From Thermoanaerobaculia bacterium (lineage in GTDB: Bacteria > Acidobacteriota > Thermoanaerobaculia > Multivoradales > JAIOJS01): a stretch of DNA of 64,000 bases. Below, in pieces: positions 19,775 to 30,010 of this stretch. The first letter of the stretch is position 1, and each line of letters opens with the position of its first letter. The notes under the pieces are model-generated. The model did no database searches. It was not told the origin of the DNA and saw only the letters and a program-made list of their open reading frames with translations. A program made the position numbers and the translations under genes. Location: the NCBI GenBank assembly GCA_030429235.1, contig JAUIDB010000002.1:176769-240768 (forward strand), in the 5' to 3' direction.

Positions 19775-22083
19775 TGGATCTGACGCGAAGGACGATGATT
19801 CGGGGGATGGCGGCGCAGGCGGCCATGTTGATGGCGGCACGGCTGGTACCCGGAGTCCGGTTCTCGGCGATCGCTGAGGCTCGGCCAGCTGCACTGCAGT
19901 GGAAGAAGGCTCCCTGCCGCTTCTGCGGTACCGGCTGTGGAGTGCTGGTCGGCATCGAAGGTGGGAGGGCGGTCGCCGTCAAGGGCGACCCCGACTCCCC
20001 CGTGAACCGGGGCCTGCTCTGCGTCAAGGGCTACCACGTGGTGCAGGCTCTTTACGGTGAGGATCGGCTGCAGAAAGCACTGGTACGACGCGACGGAAAG
20101 TTCGTCGAAGTTCCGATCCAGGAAGCGCTCGACCTGGTGGCGAGCAAGATGAAGGAGTCGATCGAGCAGCGCGGCAAGGACTCGGTGGCCGTCTACGGCT
20201 CGGGGCAATGGACGATCCCGGACGGCTACGTCGCCTCCAAACTCGTCAAGGGGTGCATCGGTACCAACAACCTCGAAGCCAACGCACGGCTCTGTATGGC
20301 GAGCGCGGTCACCGGCTTCCTGTCGAGTTTCGGCCTCGACGAACCGATGGGGTGCTACCAGGACATCGACCACGGCGACACCTTCGTGCTGTGGGGCAAC
20401 AACATGGCCGAGATGCACCCCGTGCTCTTCTCGCGGATTCTCGAGCGCAAACAGGCGGATCCCCGAGTCCGGATCATCGACCTGGCGACGCGATCGACGC
20501 GCACCAGCCTGGCCGCCGACCGGTCGATGCTCTTCAACCCGCAGACCGATCTGGCGATCGCCAACGCCATCTGTCAGGAACTGATCGCCCAGGACCGGAT
20601 CGACCAGGGCTTCATGGAGCGTTTCGTCTCGATCCATCGGGGCAAGACCGACATCGGCTACGGCCTCGAGGACGGGTTCTCCTTCTCCGACGAGGCGACG
20701 CCGGCCAGTTTCGAGGAGTTGGTCGAGTTCCTGGCGGACTACACGCCAGAGGCGGTGGCCGAGTTGAGCGGTATCTCCGCCAAGGACATCCGGTATCTCG
20801 CTTCGCTCTACGGTGACCCCAACCGCAACGTCGTCTCGTTCTGGTGCATGGGGGTCAACCAGCACACGCGGGGCACGTGGATGAACAACCTCATCTACAA
20901 CATCCACCTGCTGGTGGGCAAGATCTCTCGCCCCGGCAACAGCCCCTTCTCGCTCACCGGACAACCCTCGGCCTGCGGCACGGTGCGGGAGGTGGGTACC
21001 TTGACCCACAAGCTGCCCAAGGGCGTGGTGATGAACGAGGAGCACCGCCAGAAGGCGGCCGACATCTGGCAGGTTCCCGTCGAGAACATCCAGCCCAAGC
21101 CGACCTATCACACGGTCGAGATGTTCCGGGCCCTCGACCGCGGTGACATCACCTTCCTGTGGGTCCAGGTGACGAATCCGATGGTCACGATGCCCAAGCT
21201 GGGTCGCTATCGGAGCGGTGCCGAGAAGGAAGGCCGTTTCCTCGTCGTCTCCGACGTCTACCCGACCCCGACCACCGACGTCGCCGACGTGGTCTTGCCC
21301 TCCGCGATGTGGATCGAGCGGGAGGGGTTCTACGGCAACTCCGAGCGACGCACCCAGCACTTCGAACAGATGCTCGAGCCCCCCGGCGAGGCGATGTCGG
21401 ACACCTGGCAACTGATCGAGGTGGCGCGGCGTCTCGGCTACGAGAAGCAGTTCCCGTGGTCCGAGGAGGAGCACATCGAGTCGATCTGGAACGAATACCG
21501 CCGCTTCCACGCCGGGCCCAAGCACGAGATGGCGACCTACGAGATGCTGCGGGAACGGCCCGGCGTGATGTGGCCCTGTCCCGACGGCAAAGAGACGCTC
21601 TGGCGCTACAACGCCACCTACGATCCGGCCTGCGAGCAGGGACCCTTCGACTTCTACGGCAAACCCGACCACCGCGCCTGGCTCTGGTTGCGCCCCTACG
21701 AAGTACCGCCCGAGGTACCGGACGACGACTACCCGTTCTGGCTCGACACCGGGCGGGTACTCGAGCACTGGCATACCGGTTCGATGACGCGTCGAGTGCC
21801 GATCCTGCACCGGGCGATGCCCAAGGCCTACGCCGAACTGCATCCGGACGATGCCGCGCGGCTCGGGGTGCGGCACGGCCAGCGGGTGCGTCTGACGTCA
21901 CGGCGCGGAGCGTTGGAACTCGAGGCGAGTGTCGGTGGGCGTGGCAACCCCAGCCCGGGTCAGGTCTTCGTCCCGTTCTTCGACGAGGGCTTCCTGATCA
22001 ATGAGCTCACGCTCGACGCCTTCTGTCCGATCTCCAAGCAACCCGACTACAAGAAGTGCGCCGTCCGCGTGGAGAAGGTGTGA
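19774..22083 (+). CDS. napA: Periplasmic nitrate reductase catalytic subunit NapA (Mo-bisMGD, [4Fe-4S], TAT-exported).
   Basis: TAT signal MDLTRRTMIRGMAAQAAM and CRFCGTGCGV cluster motif. The track's 18619..22083 ORF is a run-on; the true start is the ATG at 19774, coupled to napD. Confidence 0.9.
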   Translation: MDLTRRTMIRGMAAQAAMLMAARLVPGVRFSAIAEARPAALQWKKAPCRFCGTGCGVLVGIEGGRAVAVKGDPDSPVNRGLLCVKGYHVVQALYGEDRLQKALVRRDGKFVEVPIQEALDLVASKMKESIEQRGKDSVAVYGSGQWTIPDGYVASKLVKGCIGTNNLEANARLCMASAVTGFLSSFGLDEPMGCYQDIDHGDTFVLWGNNMAEMHPVLFSRILERKQADPRVRIIDLATRSTRTSLAADRSMLFNPQTDLAIANAICQELIAQDRIDQGFMERFVSIHRGKTDIGYGLEDGFSFSDEATPASFEELVEFLADYTPEAVAELSGISAKDIRYLASLYGDPNRNVVSFWCMGVNQHTRGTWMNNLIYNIHLLVGKISRPGNSPFSLTGQPSACGTVREVGTLTHKLPKGVVMNEEHRQKAADIWQVPVENIQPKPTYHTVEMFRALDRGDITFLWVQVTNPMVTMPKLGRYRSGAEKEGRFLVVSDVYPTPTTDVADVVLPSAMWIEREGFYGNSERRTQHFEQMLEPPGEAMSDTWQLIEVARRLGYEKQFPWSEEEHIESIWNEYRRFHAGPKHEMATYEMLRERPGVMWPCPDGKETLWRYNATYDPACEQGPFDFYGKPDHRAWLWLRPYEVPPEVPDDDYPFWLDTGRVLEHWHTGSMTRRVPILHRAMPKAYAELHPDDAARLGVRHGQRVRLTSRRGALELEASVGGRGNPSPGQVFVPFFDEGFLINELTLDAFCPISKQPDYKKCAVRVEKV

Positions 22084-22751
22084 AGGAGGGCCGCCGCTAC
22101 GGCATCATCGGGATCGCGGTCTGCCTGATGGCTGCCGGCGTCTGGGTGGTCGGCGAGATCACCGGCCAGGCGACGAGCGCCGGGGTGACGGTGGCGGCGT
22201 CGGAGGCTGTGACCACCGCGCCCCTGAGCCACCAGGAGGGGCAGTTCATTCCGCTCGGCCAACCCCTGCGCACCGCCCCGAGTCCACGTTCGTCGCGCGA
22301 CTTCGACCGCTACTACGAGCTGCGGGCCTACGACGGTGCGCCACCCGCCATCCCCCACCCGGTCGCCACCGAACAAGCCGCCAACGACGGCTGTTCGGGT
22401 TGCCACCAGTACGGGGGCTGGGCTCCGGAGTTCGCGGCCGAGGCGCCGCGCACCCCTCATCCCGAGCTGAGCGCCTGCCGCCAGTGCCACGTGCCGCAGC
22501 GGACGGAGGAGCTCTTCCGGTCCACTACCTGGCAGCGGCGATCTCCCCCCGAGATCCACCTCGCCGCCCTGCCCACGAGCCCCCCTCCGATTCCGCACGA
22601 GTTGCAGATGCGCGAGAACTGCCTCGGCTGCCACGGGGCTTCGGCGGTACCGGAGCTGCGCACCACCCATCCCGAGCGCCCCGGGTGCCTGCAGTGTCAC
22701 GTGCCCCAGGCGCCGGCCGGTACCTGGTCCCGCGGCGGAGGTGCGCCATGA
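22080..22751 (+). CDS. NapC/NirT-family membrane tetrahaem cytochrome c (quinol dehydrogenase).
   Basis: Start is a GTG overlapping the napA stop, or alternatively the ATG at 22056. TM helix GIIGIAVCLMAAGVWVV. Four CxxCH sites: CSGCH, CRQCH, CLGCH, CLQCH. Confidence 0.7.
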   Translation: MKEGRRYGIIGIAVCLMAAGVWVVGEITGQATSAGVTVAASEAVTTAPLSHQEGQFIPLGQPLRTAPSPRSSRDFDRYYELRAYDGAPPAIPHPVATEQAANDGCSGCHQYGGWAPEFAAEAPRTPHPELSACRQCHVPQRTEELFRSTTWQRRSPPEIHLAALPTSPPPIPHELQMRENCLGCHGASAVPELRTTHPERPGCLQCHVPQAPAGTWSRGGGAP

Positions 22752-23353
22752 TCCGTCGTTCCCTCCTCCTGCTGCTGCCGGTCTTGCTCTTCTCCGGCTG
22801 TCACGGCCCTTCTCATCACGGAGTACGGGAACGGATCGACCACGAACAGAGCCCCGACCAGGTCGAGATCTCTGGAGTCGAGTATTGGCTCGACGGGCTG
22901 CGCTACGAGCCGTACGGGGAGGGGGACTTCTTCGTACGGACGCGAAGTGACCAGCTGGTGCAGTTTCCCTGTGCCCGCTGTCACGACCAGCCCGGTTTCG
23001 CGGCGAGTCGGACCGACGGCGACCTGCCCGAGAGTGCCCACCTGCAGATCCTGCAACCGCACGGAGTGGCCGAAGGACTGGCCTGTGCCCACTGCCACGA
23101 CGGGGAGGATCCGAGCCAGCTGGTGGGCCAGAAGGGGCCGGTCGACTTCGATCGAGTCTACGACCTTTGCGGGACCTGCCACTTCGAGCAACGACGCGAT
23201 TGGGAAGCCGGGGCTCACGGCAAGCGACTGGCGACCTGGAGCGGTCCGCGCGTGATCGAGAACTGCACCGGGTGCCACGATCCTCATGCGCCCCGGTTCG
23301 AGACCCGCTTGCCCACCACCATGTACCCGGGGAGCGAAGGAGCCCGTCGATGA
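22748..23353 (+). CDS. Periplasmic tetrahaem cytochrome c lipoprotein.
   Basis: Signal and lipobox MIRRSLLLLLPVLLFSGC. Four CxxCH sites: CARCH, CAHCH, CGTCH, CTGCH. Confidence 0.65.
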   Translation: MIRRSLLLLLPVLLFSGCHGPSHHGVRERIDHEQSPDQVEISGVEYWLDGLRYEPYGEGDFFVRTRSDQLVQFPCARCHDQPGFAASRTDGDLPESAHLQILQPHGVAEGLACAHCHDGEDPSQLVGQKGPVDFDRVYDLCGTCHFEQRRDWEAGAHGKRLATWSGPRVIENCTGCHDPHAPRFETRLPTTMYPGSEGARR

Positions 23354-24372
23354 GTGCACGTCTACCGATTCTGGGCCAGGAAGCTCCGAACCACGGCTGC
23401 GGCAGCGGAACCTGTGGCTGTTCGTCCGAGGCACCGCCGGTCGTCGAAGAGAGGCTCGACACCGATGTCTCCCGCCGGCAGTTCTTCGGTCTTTTTGGTT
23501 CCCTGACGGCGGGAGTGGCCGCCGTGGCTTCCAGTGGCTGCGGCACTAAGTCCGCAGAGGCGGCCGAGAAGGCCAGCCTCGACTGGGAGGAGTACTTCAA
23601 GGGCAACTACCAGGTGATGACCGACGAGGAGAAGCGGGCCACGGTCGAGCGCCTCGAGCGCCGTTGGGAACTCGAACATGGAAGTCGCGTCGAGATCTCC
23701 GACCAGAACGCCGTGCCCGGCGTGCTCTACGGCTACGCCTTCAACATCTCCAAGTGCCAGGGCTACATGGACTGCGTCGATGCTTGTGTGAAGGAGAACA
23801 ACCTCGACCGCGAGTCCGGCATGCAGTACATCCGGATCTTCGAGATGGACGAGGGCACGATGCAACTCGGGGACGGTGACGGCCGCTTTTACCACGAGGT
23901 GCCAGCGGCCGGACACTTCTACCTCGGCACCCAGTGTTTCCAGTGCGACAACCCGCCCTGTACCAAGGTCTGCCCCGTGGGAGCCACCTGGAAGGAACCA
24001 GACGGCATCGTGGTGGTCGACTACGACTGGTGCATCGGCTGCCGCTACTGTCAGGCTGCCTGTCCCTACTGGGCGCGCCGCTTCAACTGGCAGGAACCGT
24101 TCGTGCCCGAGGACGAGGTCAACCAGGAACAGCACTACCTGGGGAATCGGCTGCGCAAGAAGGGTGTGATGGAAAAGTGCACCTACTGCATCCAGCGGAC
24201 CCGCAAGGGGCGGAACCCGGCCTGTGCCGAGGCCTGCCCCACCGGTGCCCGGATCTTCGGAAACCTCCTCGACCCGGACAGCGAGATCCGCTGGGTGTTG
24301 GCCAACAAGAAGGTCTTCCGGCTGAAAGAGGACCTCGGGACCGAGCCGAAGTTCTGGTACTTCATGGACTGA
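23350..24372 (+). CDS. TAT-exported 4x[4Fe-4S] ferredoxin subunit of the NrfC/PsrB/DmsB family.
   Basis: TAT motif SRRQFFGLF. Cys clusters CFQCDNPPCTKVCP, CIGCRYCQAACP and CTYC...CAEACP. ATGA overlap with the previous gene. Confidence 0.8.
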   Translation: MSARLPILGQEAPNHGCGSGTCGCSSEAPPVVEERLDTDVSRRQFFGLFGSLTAGVAAVASSGCGTKSAEAAEKASLDWEEYFKGNYQVMTDEEKRATVERLERRWELEHGSRVEISDQNAVPGVLYGYAFNISKCQGYMDCVDACVKENNLDRESGMQYIRIFEMDEGTMQLGDGDGRFYHEVPAAGHFYLGTQCFQCDNPPCTKVCPVGATWKEPDGIVVVDYDWCIGCRYCQAACPYWARRFNWQEPFVPEDEVNQEQHYLGNRLRKKGVMEKCTYCIQRTRKGRNPACAEACPTGARIFGNLLDPDSEIRWVLANKKVFRLKEDLGTEPKFWYFMD

Positions 24373-24393
24373 CGGACGAGCGGAGGAAGCACG

Positions 24394-25695
24394 ATGTCAG
24401 CTCGAACCAAGGTCCACGACGAGAACCGCCCGCGGCTCGGACATCCGGCGCTCGGCCTGTTCCGCGACGCTCTCCGGGAGGTCACCACCGGCGGGCCGCT
24501 GTACCACCTGTGGATGGGGGCCCTCACCCTGCTGATGCTCGGGGGAACCTGGGCCTACGTGCAGCAATTGCGTCACGGTCTGGCGGTCACCGGCATGAAC
24601 GACCACGTCAGCTGGGGGCTCTACATCTCCAACTTCACCTTCCTGGTCGGGCTGGCCGCCGCCGCGGTCATGCTGGTGCTGCCGGCGTACGTCCTCCACG
24701 ACGAGGACTTTCCCCGCGCCGTGCTGATCGGGGAAGGGGTCGCCGTCTCGGCTCTCCTCATGTGTCTGGCCTTCGTGACCGTCGATATGGGGGGGCCGCA
24801 GCGGCTGTGGCACATGCTGCCGGGGATCGGCTACTTCAACTGGCCCGACTCGATGCTGACCTGGGATGTCATCGTCCTCAACGGGTATCTGGCCCTAAAC
24901 TTGTTGATCCCTGCCTACATTCTCTACAGTCGCTACTGCGGTCGGCAGCCGAACAAGCGGTGGTACGTCCCGTTCGTCTTCCTGTCGGTCGCCTGGGCCT
25001 TCGGCATCCACCTCGTCACGGCCTTCCTCTACGCCGCCCTTCCGGCCCGCCCCTTCTGGAACAACGCCCTGCTCGGGCCACGCTTTCTCGCTTCGGCCTT
25101 CTCGGCGGGGCCGGCGTTCATCATCGTCCTGCTGCTGATCATCCGCCGTCAGACGCCGTACTCGATACCGGACGACACCATCCGCAAGCTGGCTCTGATC
25201 ACCACGGTGGCGGCGCAGGTCAACCTGATCATGCTGATCTCGGAACTCTTCAAGGAGTTCTATCACCCGACACACCACAGCGAGAGCGCGATCTACCTCT
25301 TCTTCGGGCTCGACGGTCAGGGCAAGTTGATTCCCTGGATGTGGACCGCCATCGGGCTCAACATCCTCTGTACCGCCCTCTTGAGCTTCCACCCCGTACG
25401 GCGCAACCACCGGTTCCTGATGCCACTCTGCGTCCTGCTCTTCGGAGCCATCTGGGTGGAGAAGGGGATGGGACTCATCGTGCCTGGCTTCATTCCCTCG
25501 CCGCTCGGCGAAGTGGTCGAGTACGCCCCGACCGGGATCGAGATGATGATCACGGTGGCGATCTGGGCCATGGGACTGTTCGTGATGACGGTGCTGGTGC
25601 GGGCGGCGATTCCGATCGAGATGGGGGTGCTGCGCTGGCAGCCCTCCGAGGCTCCGTCCGCCGACAGCGACTCGAGCCACCTTCACAACATCTAG
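24394..25695 (+). CDS. NrfD/PsrC-family polytopic membrane quinol-interacting subunit.
   Basis: A 433-aa protein with about 8-10 TM helices and a family-like sequence (WGLYISNFTF..., NGYLALN). Confidence 0.75.
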   Translation: MSARTKVHDENRPRLGHPALGLFRDALREVTTGGPLYHLWMGALTLLMLGGTWAYVQQLRHGLAVTGMNDHVSWGLYISNFTFLVGLAAAAVMLVLPAYVLHDEDFPRAVLIGEGVAVSALLMCLAFVTVDMGGPQRLWHMLPGIGYFNWPDSMLTWDVIVLNGYLALNLLIPAYILYSRYCGRQPNKRWYVPFVFLSVAWAFGIHLVTAFLYAALPARPFWNNALLGPRFLASAFSAGPAFIIVLLLIIRRQTPYSIPDDTIRKLALITTVAAQVNLIMLISELFKEFYHPTHHSESAIYLFFGLDGQGKLIPWMWTAIGLNILCTALLSFHPVRRNHRFLMPLCVLLFGAIWVEKGMGLIVPGFIPSPLGEVVEYAPTGIEMMITVAIWAMGLFVMTVLVRAAIPIEMGVLRWQPSEAPSADSDSSHLHNI

Positions 25696-25709
25696 GGAGT
25701 GCAGTCGAT

Positions 25710-26972
25710 ATGACCCGATGGATACTGACGACGATCGTTCTGGGGAGTCTGGCCTCGGCAGGGTTGGCCCTGCCGTCTCTCGAACCTGGGGGGCAGCCGC
25801 CGACCGACGCGCCCACCGAGGAGGAGCCGCGGACCTGGATCGAGGCCCTCGGGGGAGGAGAGTTCAGCCTCAACCTCCGGTACCGCTTCGAACGGGTCGA
25901 AGACGATGGATTCGACGAGGACGCTCTGGCGTCCACCCTGCGCACGACGCTGGGGTATACGAGCGCACCCTGGCGTGGTCTATGGATGGGAGTGCAGGCC
26001 GAGAACGTGTCCGAGATCGGGTTCTCGGACGAGTACCGTAACGCGGGCGCCGGATCGCTTAGCAACGGCGTGACGGACCGCCCGACGGTGGCGGATCCGG
26101 GCGTCACCGAACTCAACCACGCCTATCTCGGCTTCCGGTTGGCGTCCGGGGCGATCAAGGTAGGACGGATCGAGGTCTCGATCGCCGACCAGCGCTTCGT
26201 GGGTTCGGTCGGCTGGCGGCAACACCACCAGACCTTCGACGGCGCCGTGTTGAATCTCGACCTGGCCGACGACGCCGTCGGAGTCACCTACCTCTATATC
26301 GACCGGGCGCATCGAATCTTTGGCGACCGCAAACCGATGAGCTCGCACGCGTTGGACGTCACCTGGACACCAGAAGGCCTTCCCGAGTTCGGCGCCTACG
26401 CCTACCTTCTCGACTACGACCGGCCCGGTGATCAGGCCTTGTCGACCTTGACGGTCGGCTTGAGGGCATCGGGCCAGGTCCCGGTGGGCACCGAGAGCAG
26501 TTTCGGGTGGAAGTTGCAGGCGGCGCAGCAGGAGGACGCGGCGGACAATCCGTTCTCGATCGATGCAACCTACCTGATGGGAGAGGGGTCTGTGCAGACG
26601 GGCGAGTGGACCTTTGGACTCGGCTTCGAAGAACTCGGAGGCGAGCCAGGCGACGGCAGGTTCACCACGCCGTTGGCCACACTCCACAAGTTCAACGGCT
26701 GGGCCGATCGTTTTCTCGGCACCCCGAGCCACGGACTCCAGGACCTGCAGGCCTTTGCCGCTTGGAAGAGCGGCTCCTGGGCCAGTCGAGTGGTCTACCA
26801 CCGCTTCGATCCGGCCTCGGGTTCCGGGCACTACGGCGACGAACTCGACGGGCAGGTCTCCTACAAGACCAGCCTGGGTCCGCAACTCCTGCTCAAAGGA
26901 GCGCTCTACGACGCTGACCAACACTCGGTCGACGTGACCAAGCTCTGGCTGCAGGCGGCCTGGGGTTTCTAA
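25710..26972 (+). CDS. Outer-membrane β-barrel protein (alginate-export/porin-like) ending in an aromatic residue.
   Basis: Signal peptide MTRWILTTIVLGSLASAGLA. Alternating amphipathic β-strand pattern. C-terminus ...LWLQAAWGF*. It is only the 3' part of the run-on track ORF 23934..26972. Confidence 0.55.
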   Translation: MTRWILTTIVLGSLASAGLALPSLEPGGQPPTDAPTEEEPRTWIEALGGGEFSLNLRYRFERVEDDGFDEDALASTLRTTLGYTSAPWRGLWMGVQAENVSEIGFSDEYRNAGAGSLSNGVTDRPTVADPGVTELNHAYLGFRLASGAIKVGRIEVSIADQRFVGSVGWRQHHQTFDGAVLNLDLADDAVGVTYLYIDRAHRIFGDRKPMSSHALDVTWTPEGLPEFGAYAYLLDYDRPGDQALSTLTVGLRASGQVPVGTESSFGWKLQAAQQEDAADNPFSIDATYLMGEGSVQTGEWTFGLGFEELGGEPGDGRFTTPLATLHKFNGWADRFLGTPSHGLQDLQAFAAWKSGSWASRVVYHRFDPASGSGHYGDELDGQVSYKTSLGPQLLLKGALYDADQHSVDVTKLWLQAAWGF

Positions 26973-27011
26973 AGGGGACGCGGCGTCGCGCCGAACGGCT
27001 AGACTCGGGCC

Positions 27012-28052
27012 ATGCGAGCGATCACCTTCCATGGTGCCGAAGAGGTACGGCTGGAGCAGGTGCCCGATCCCGGGCTGCTCGCGGCTACGGATGTCGTGCT
27101 GCGGGTCGTGGCGGCCGGGATCTGCGGCTCCGACCTCCACGTCTACCACGGACGCGAGTCCGGTCTGGACTCGGGCACGGTCTTGGGACACGAGGTGGTG
27201 GGCGAGGTGGTCGAGGCCGGGCCCGAGGTCCGACACCTGCGCCGAGGGGACCGGGTGGTGGCGCCGTTTACCACCAGCTGCGGCGACTGCTTCTACTGCG
27301 TGGCGGGACTTACCGCGCGCTGTGAACGGGGTGGTCTGTTCGGATGGGTGGAAAAGGGCCAGGGTCTCCACGGAGCGCAGGCCGAATACCTGCGCGTCCC
27401 CTGCGCCGACGCCACGCTGGTCAAGGTCCCCGAGGGGCTGGACGAGACGTTGGCGCTGCTGGCCGGCGACGTGCTGGCGACGGGACTGTTCGCGGCCGAC
27501 CTCGGCGGGGTGATGGTGGGGCAGACGGTAGCGGTCGTCGGCTGTGGCGCCGTCGGCCTGATGGCGGCGGTGGGAGCGCTCGAGCGCGGCGCCGAGCGCG
27601 TCTACGCGATCGATCCCCTGGAAGATCGTAGGGCACGCGCCGAGCGCTTCGGCGCTTTGGGCCTCGCCCCGGGGGAGGTGGCGGCACAGCTGGCCGAAGC
27701 CACCGCCGGACGGGGTGCCGATGTCGTGCTCGAAGCGGTCGGAAACGCGGCGGCCACGCGTTCGGCCTTCGACGCCGTACGCCCCGGGGGTACGCTGGCG
27801 GCGGTCGGGGTCCACACCGAACCCCATCTCGCGGTCAGTCCTGCCGAGCTCTACGACAAGAATCTGACCTATCGCGCCGGTCGCTGCTCGGCCCGACGCT
27901 TTGTCGAGCCCGGCCTGAGCCTGCTCGCTTCCCGTCGGCGCCCCTTCGAGGAAGTGGTATCGCATCAACTCCCTCTCGACGAGGGGGTCGAGGCCTACCG
28001 ACGGTTCGCGGCGCGCGAACCGGGCTGTTCGAAGATCGTCCTCAGACCCTGA
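27012..28052 (+). CDS. Zn-dependent alcohol dehydrogenase (MDR family).
   Basis: GICGSDLHVY, GHEVVGEVVEAG and VVGCGAVGLMA (Rossmann fold). Confidence 0.85.
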   Translation: MRAITFHGAEEVRLEQVPDPGLLAATDVVLRVVAAGICGSDLHVYHGRESGLDSGTVLGHEVVGEVVEAGPEVRHLRRGDRVVAPFTTSCGDCFYCVAGLTARCERGGLFGWVEKGQGLHGAQAEYLRVPCADATLVKVPEGLDETLALLAGDVLATGLFAADLGGVMVGQTVAVVGCGAVGLMAAVGALERGAERVYAIDPLEDRRARAERFGALGLAPGEVAAQLAEATAGRGADVVLEAVGNAAATRSAFDAVRPGGTLAAVGVHTEPHLAVSPAELYDKNLTYRAGRCSARRFVEPGLSLLASRRRPFEEVVSHQLPLDEGVEAYRRFAAREPGCSKIVLRP

Positions 28053-28061
28053 GTCGCAAAC

Positions 28062-28433
28062 TCAGGCCTCTGGGGGCTGGCGTGCGGTCGAGGCTCGCCC
28101 CCAGGCGTCCATGGTGCGGAGCACTGGCTCCAGGCTCCGACCGTGGGCAGTGAGTGAGTACTCGACCCGCGGCGGCACCTCGGGGTAGGCCCGCCGATGG
28201 ACGATGCCGTCGCGTTCGAGCTCCTTGAGTTGCCTTGCCAAAGTGCGGTGGGAGATGCCAGCCAGTAGGCGCTCGAGTTCGTTGAACCGCTTGGTACTCT
28301 CGAGTAGGTGGTAGAGCAGGGGGACCTTCCACTTGCCCCCGATGACCGCCAACGTGGCCTCGACCGGACAGCCGAAGTCCGCTTCGGAAGTGGGTTGGAC
28401 GACCTCTTCGGTCCTTGGATCCGATCCCGCCAT
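28062..28433 (-). CDS. HxlR-family winged-helix transcriptional regulator.
   Basis: [22 protein letters not shown]...[30 protein letters not shown]. Confidence 0.85.
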   Translation of the reverse strand: MAGSDPRTEEVVQPTSEADFGCPVEATLAVIGGKWKVPLLYHLLESTKRFNELERLLAGISHRTLARQLKELERDGIVHRRAYPEVPPRVEYSLTAHGRSLEPVLRTMDAWGRASTARQPPEA

Positions 28434-28518
28434 GCGTACAGCGACGATACCAGGTTACGTCGTTGTGCGTACTCGACGGGTGGAGAGTCGTCCCCTATTC
28501 TGGTCCGGAAAGGAGACG

Positions 28519-29457
28519 ATGATGACGAACAGCACGATGACGAACAGCACGATGACGGACGACAGGAGGACCGACCGGACGGAGAACCCCCAGAGCAAGG
28601 CCTGGCAGACCGTACGCAAGGGGCCCTCGCGGCACTGGGTCGGTGACGGCTTCCCGGTGGCTTCGGTGCTCTCGCCCCAGCCGGGGCGTGACGGCGTCGA
28701 TCCGTTCCTGCTCATGGACCATGCGGGCCCCGCGGAATTCGCGCCGGCCGAGCGACCGCGCGGGGTCGATTCCCATCCCCACCGCGGCTTCGAGACGGTG
28801 ACGGTCGTGTTCCAGGGCGAACTGGAGCACCGCGACTCCGCTGGCAACTCCGGAAGCATCGCAGCGGGTGACGTGCAGTGGATGACCGCCGGCTCGGGGG
28901 TGCTCCACGAAGAGAAACACTCGGCGGAGTTCACCCGGCAGGGTGGGGTGCTGGAGATGGTGCAGCTGTGGGTCAACCTGCCGGCCCGCGACAAGATGAC
29001 GAGCCCCCGCTACCAGGAGCTGCTGGCCGACGATATCCCGACCGTGCCGCTGGGCGACGGAGCCGGCCAGATCCGGCTCATCGCCGGTGCCTTCGGTGAG
29101 GTCCAGGGCGCGGCCACCACCGTCACTCCGGTGACGCTCTGGGACGTGCGGCTGGCCGCGGGGGGCCGGGCGTCGCTACCCTCGCCGGAGGGTCACAGCG
29201 CTGCCGTCTACGTGCGTCAGGGGGAACTGCGGCTGGCCGCGGACTCCACGGTGGCCGCCGGCGAGCTGGCGATCTTCGAACGCTCCGGTTCGCAGGTCGA
29301 CCTCGAGGCGCTCGCCGACAGTGAGTTCCTCTTCCTGGGAGGGGAGCCGCTCGACGAACCGATCGCCGCCCATGGACCGTTCGTGATGAACACCCGCCAG
29401 GAGATCGTGCAGGCGATCGACGACCTGCGAGCGGGTCGCTTCGGGACGCTCGGCTGA
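28519..29457 (+). CDS. Pirin-family protein (bicupin).
   Basis: HPHRGFETVTVVFQGELEHRDSAGN motif. RBS AAGGAG upstream. The N-terminus has a tandem MTNSTMTNSTMT repeat. Confidence 0.85.
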   Translation: MMTNSTMTNSTMTDDRRTDRTENPQSKAWQTVRKGPSRHWVGDGFPVASVLSPQPGRDGVDPFLLMDHAGPAEFAPAERPRGVDSHPHRGFETVTVVFQGELEHRDSAGNSGSIAAGDVQWMTAGSGVLHEEKHSAEFTRQGGVLEMVQLWVNLPARDKMTSPRYQELLADDIPTVPLGDGAGQIRLIAGAFGEVQGAATTVTPVTLWDVRLAAGGRASLPSPEGHSAAVYVRQGELRLAADSTVAAGELAIFERSGSQVDLEALADSEFLFLGGEPLDEPIAAHGPFVMNTRQEIVQAIDDLRAGRFGTLG

Positions 29458-29526
29458 GTGCCGGGTCTCCCAGGCTGAGACACCCTGGAGCCCTGCGGGT
29501 CGGCGTCAGCCGCCCGTGGGGTTCGT

Positions 29527-30010
29527 TCAGCCGGCGGCGACGAGTCGCTCGGGCTCGGTGATTCCGAAGATCTGGGCGAGCACGTCGTAGCGCCGAGCCA
29601 ATCCCACGATCTGATCGCCCCGTACCACCGGCACGGTGTGGAGATGCCGGTCGCACATCAGGAGCGCGATCTCGGCCACGGTCAGATCCTCTTCGATGGT
29701 GACCACGCGACGGCACATCACCTCCCGGGCGGGCGTCGTGCCGAGGTCCTCGCGACCATCGAGATGGTCCGAGTTGACGAACTCGCCGAAGAGCGACGGC
29801 GCCTTCGCCCGCGAGTGTGGCAGCCCCTTCTTCTTCAGGAAGAGGTCGGCGTCCGTCACGATCCCGAGAAGACGTCCCTCTTCGACGATCGGCAGGGCGC
29901 GCATCTGGTAGGTGTGGAACAGGCGCATGAGTTCGGTGACCGGCGCCTCGGGGCCGGCAGCGACGAAGTCGCGGTACATGATCTCTCGGGCGGTAGTGTT
30001 GTGGGCCACG
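29527..30010 (-). CDS. CBS-domain pair protein.
   Basis: Two CBS motifs (VTDADLF...; HLHTVPVVRGDQIVGLARRYDVL). Likely GTG start with a GGGAGAG RBS. Confidence 0.65.

Noticed and set aside
18619-22083. A 1154-aa plus-strand ORF in the track.
   Set aside because: Its first ~385 codons are run-on through the antisense of the upstream secreted-protein genes. The real NapA begins at the ATG at 19774 with a TAT signal, coupled to napD.
23934-26972. A 1012-aa plus-strand ORF in the track.
   Set aside because: It is a run-on alternate frame across the NrfC- and NrfD-like genes. Only its last 420 codons (from the ATG at 25710 with a signal peptide) are a real gene.
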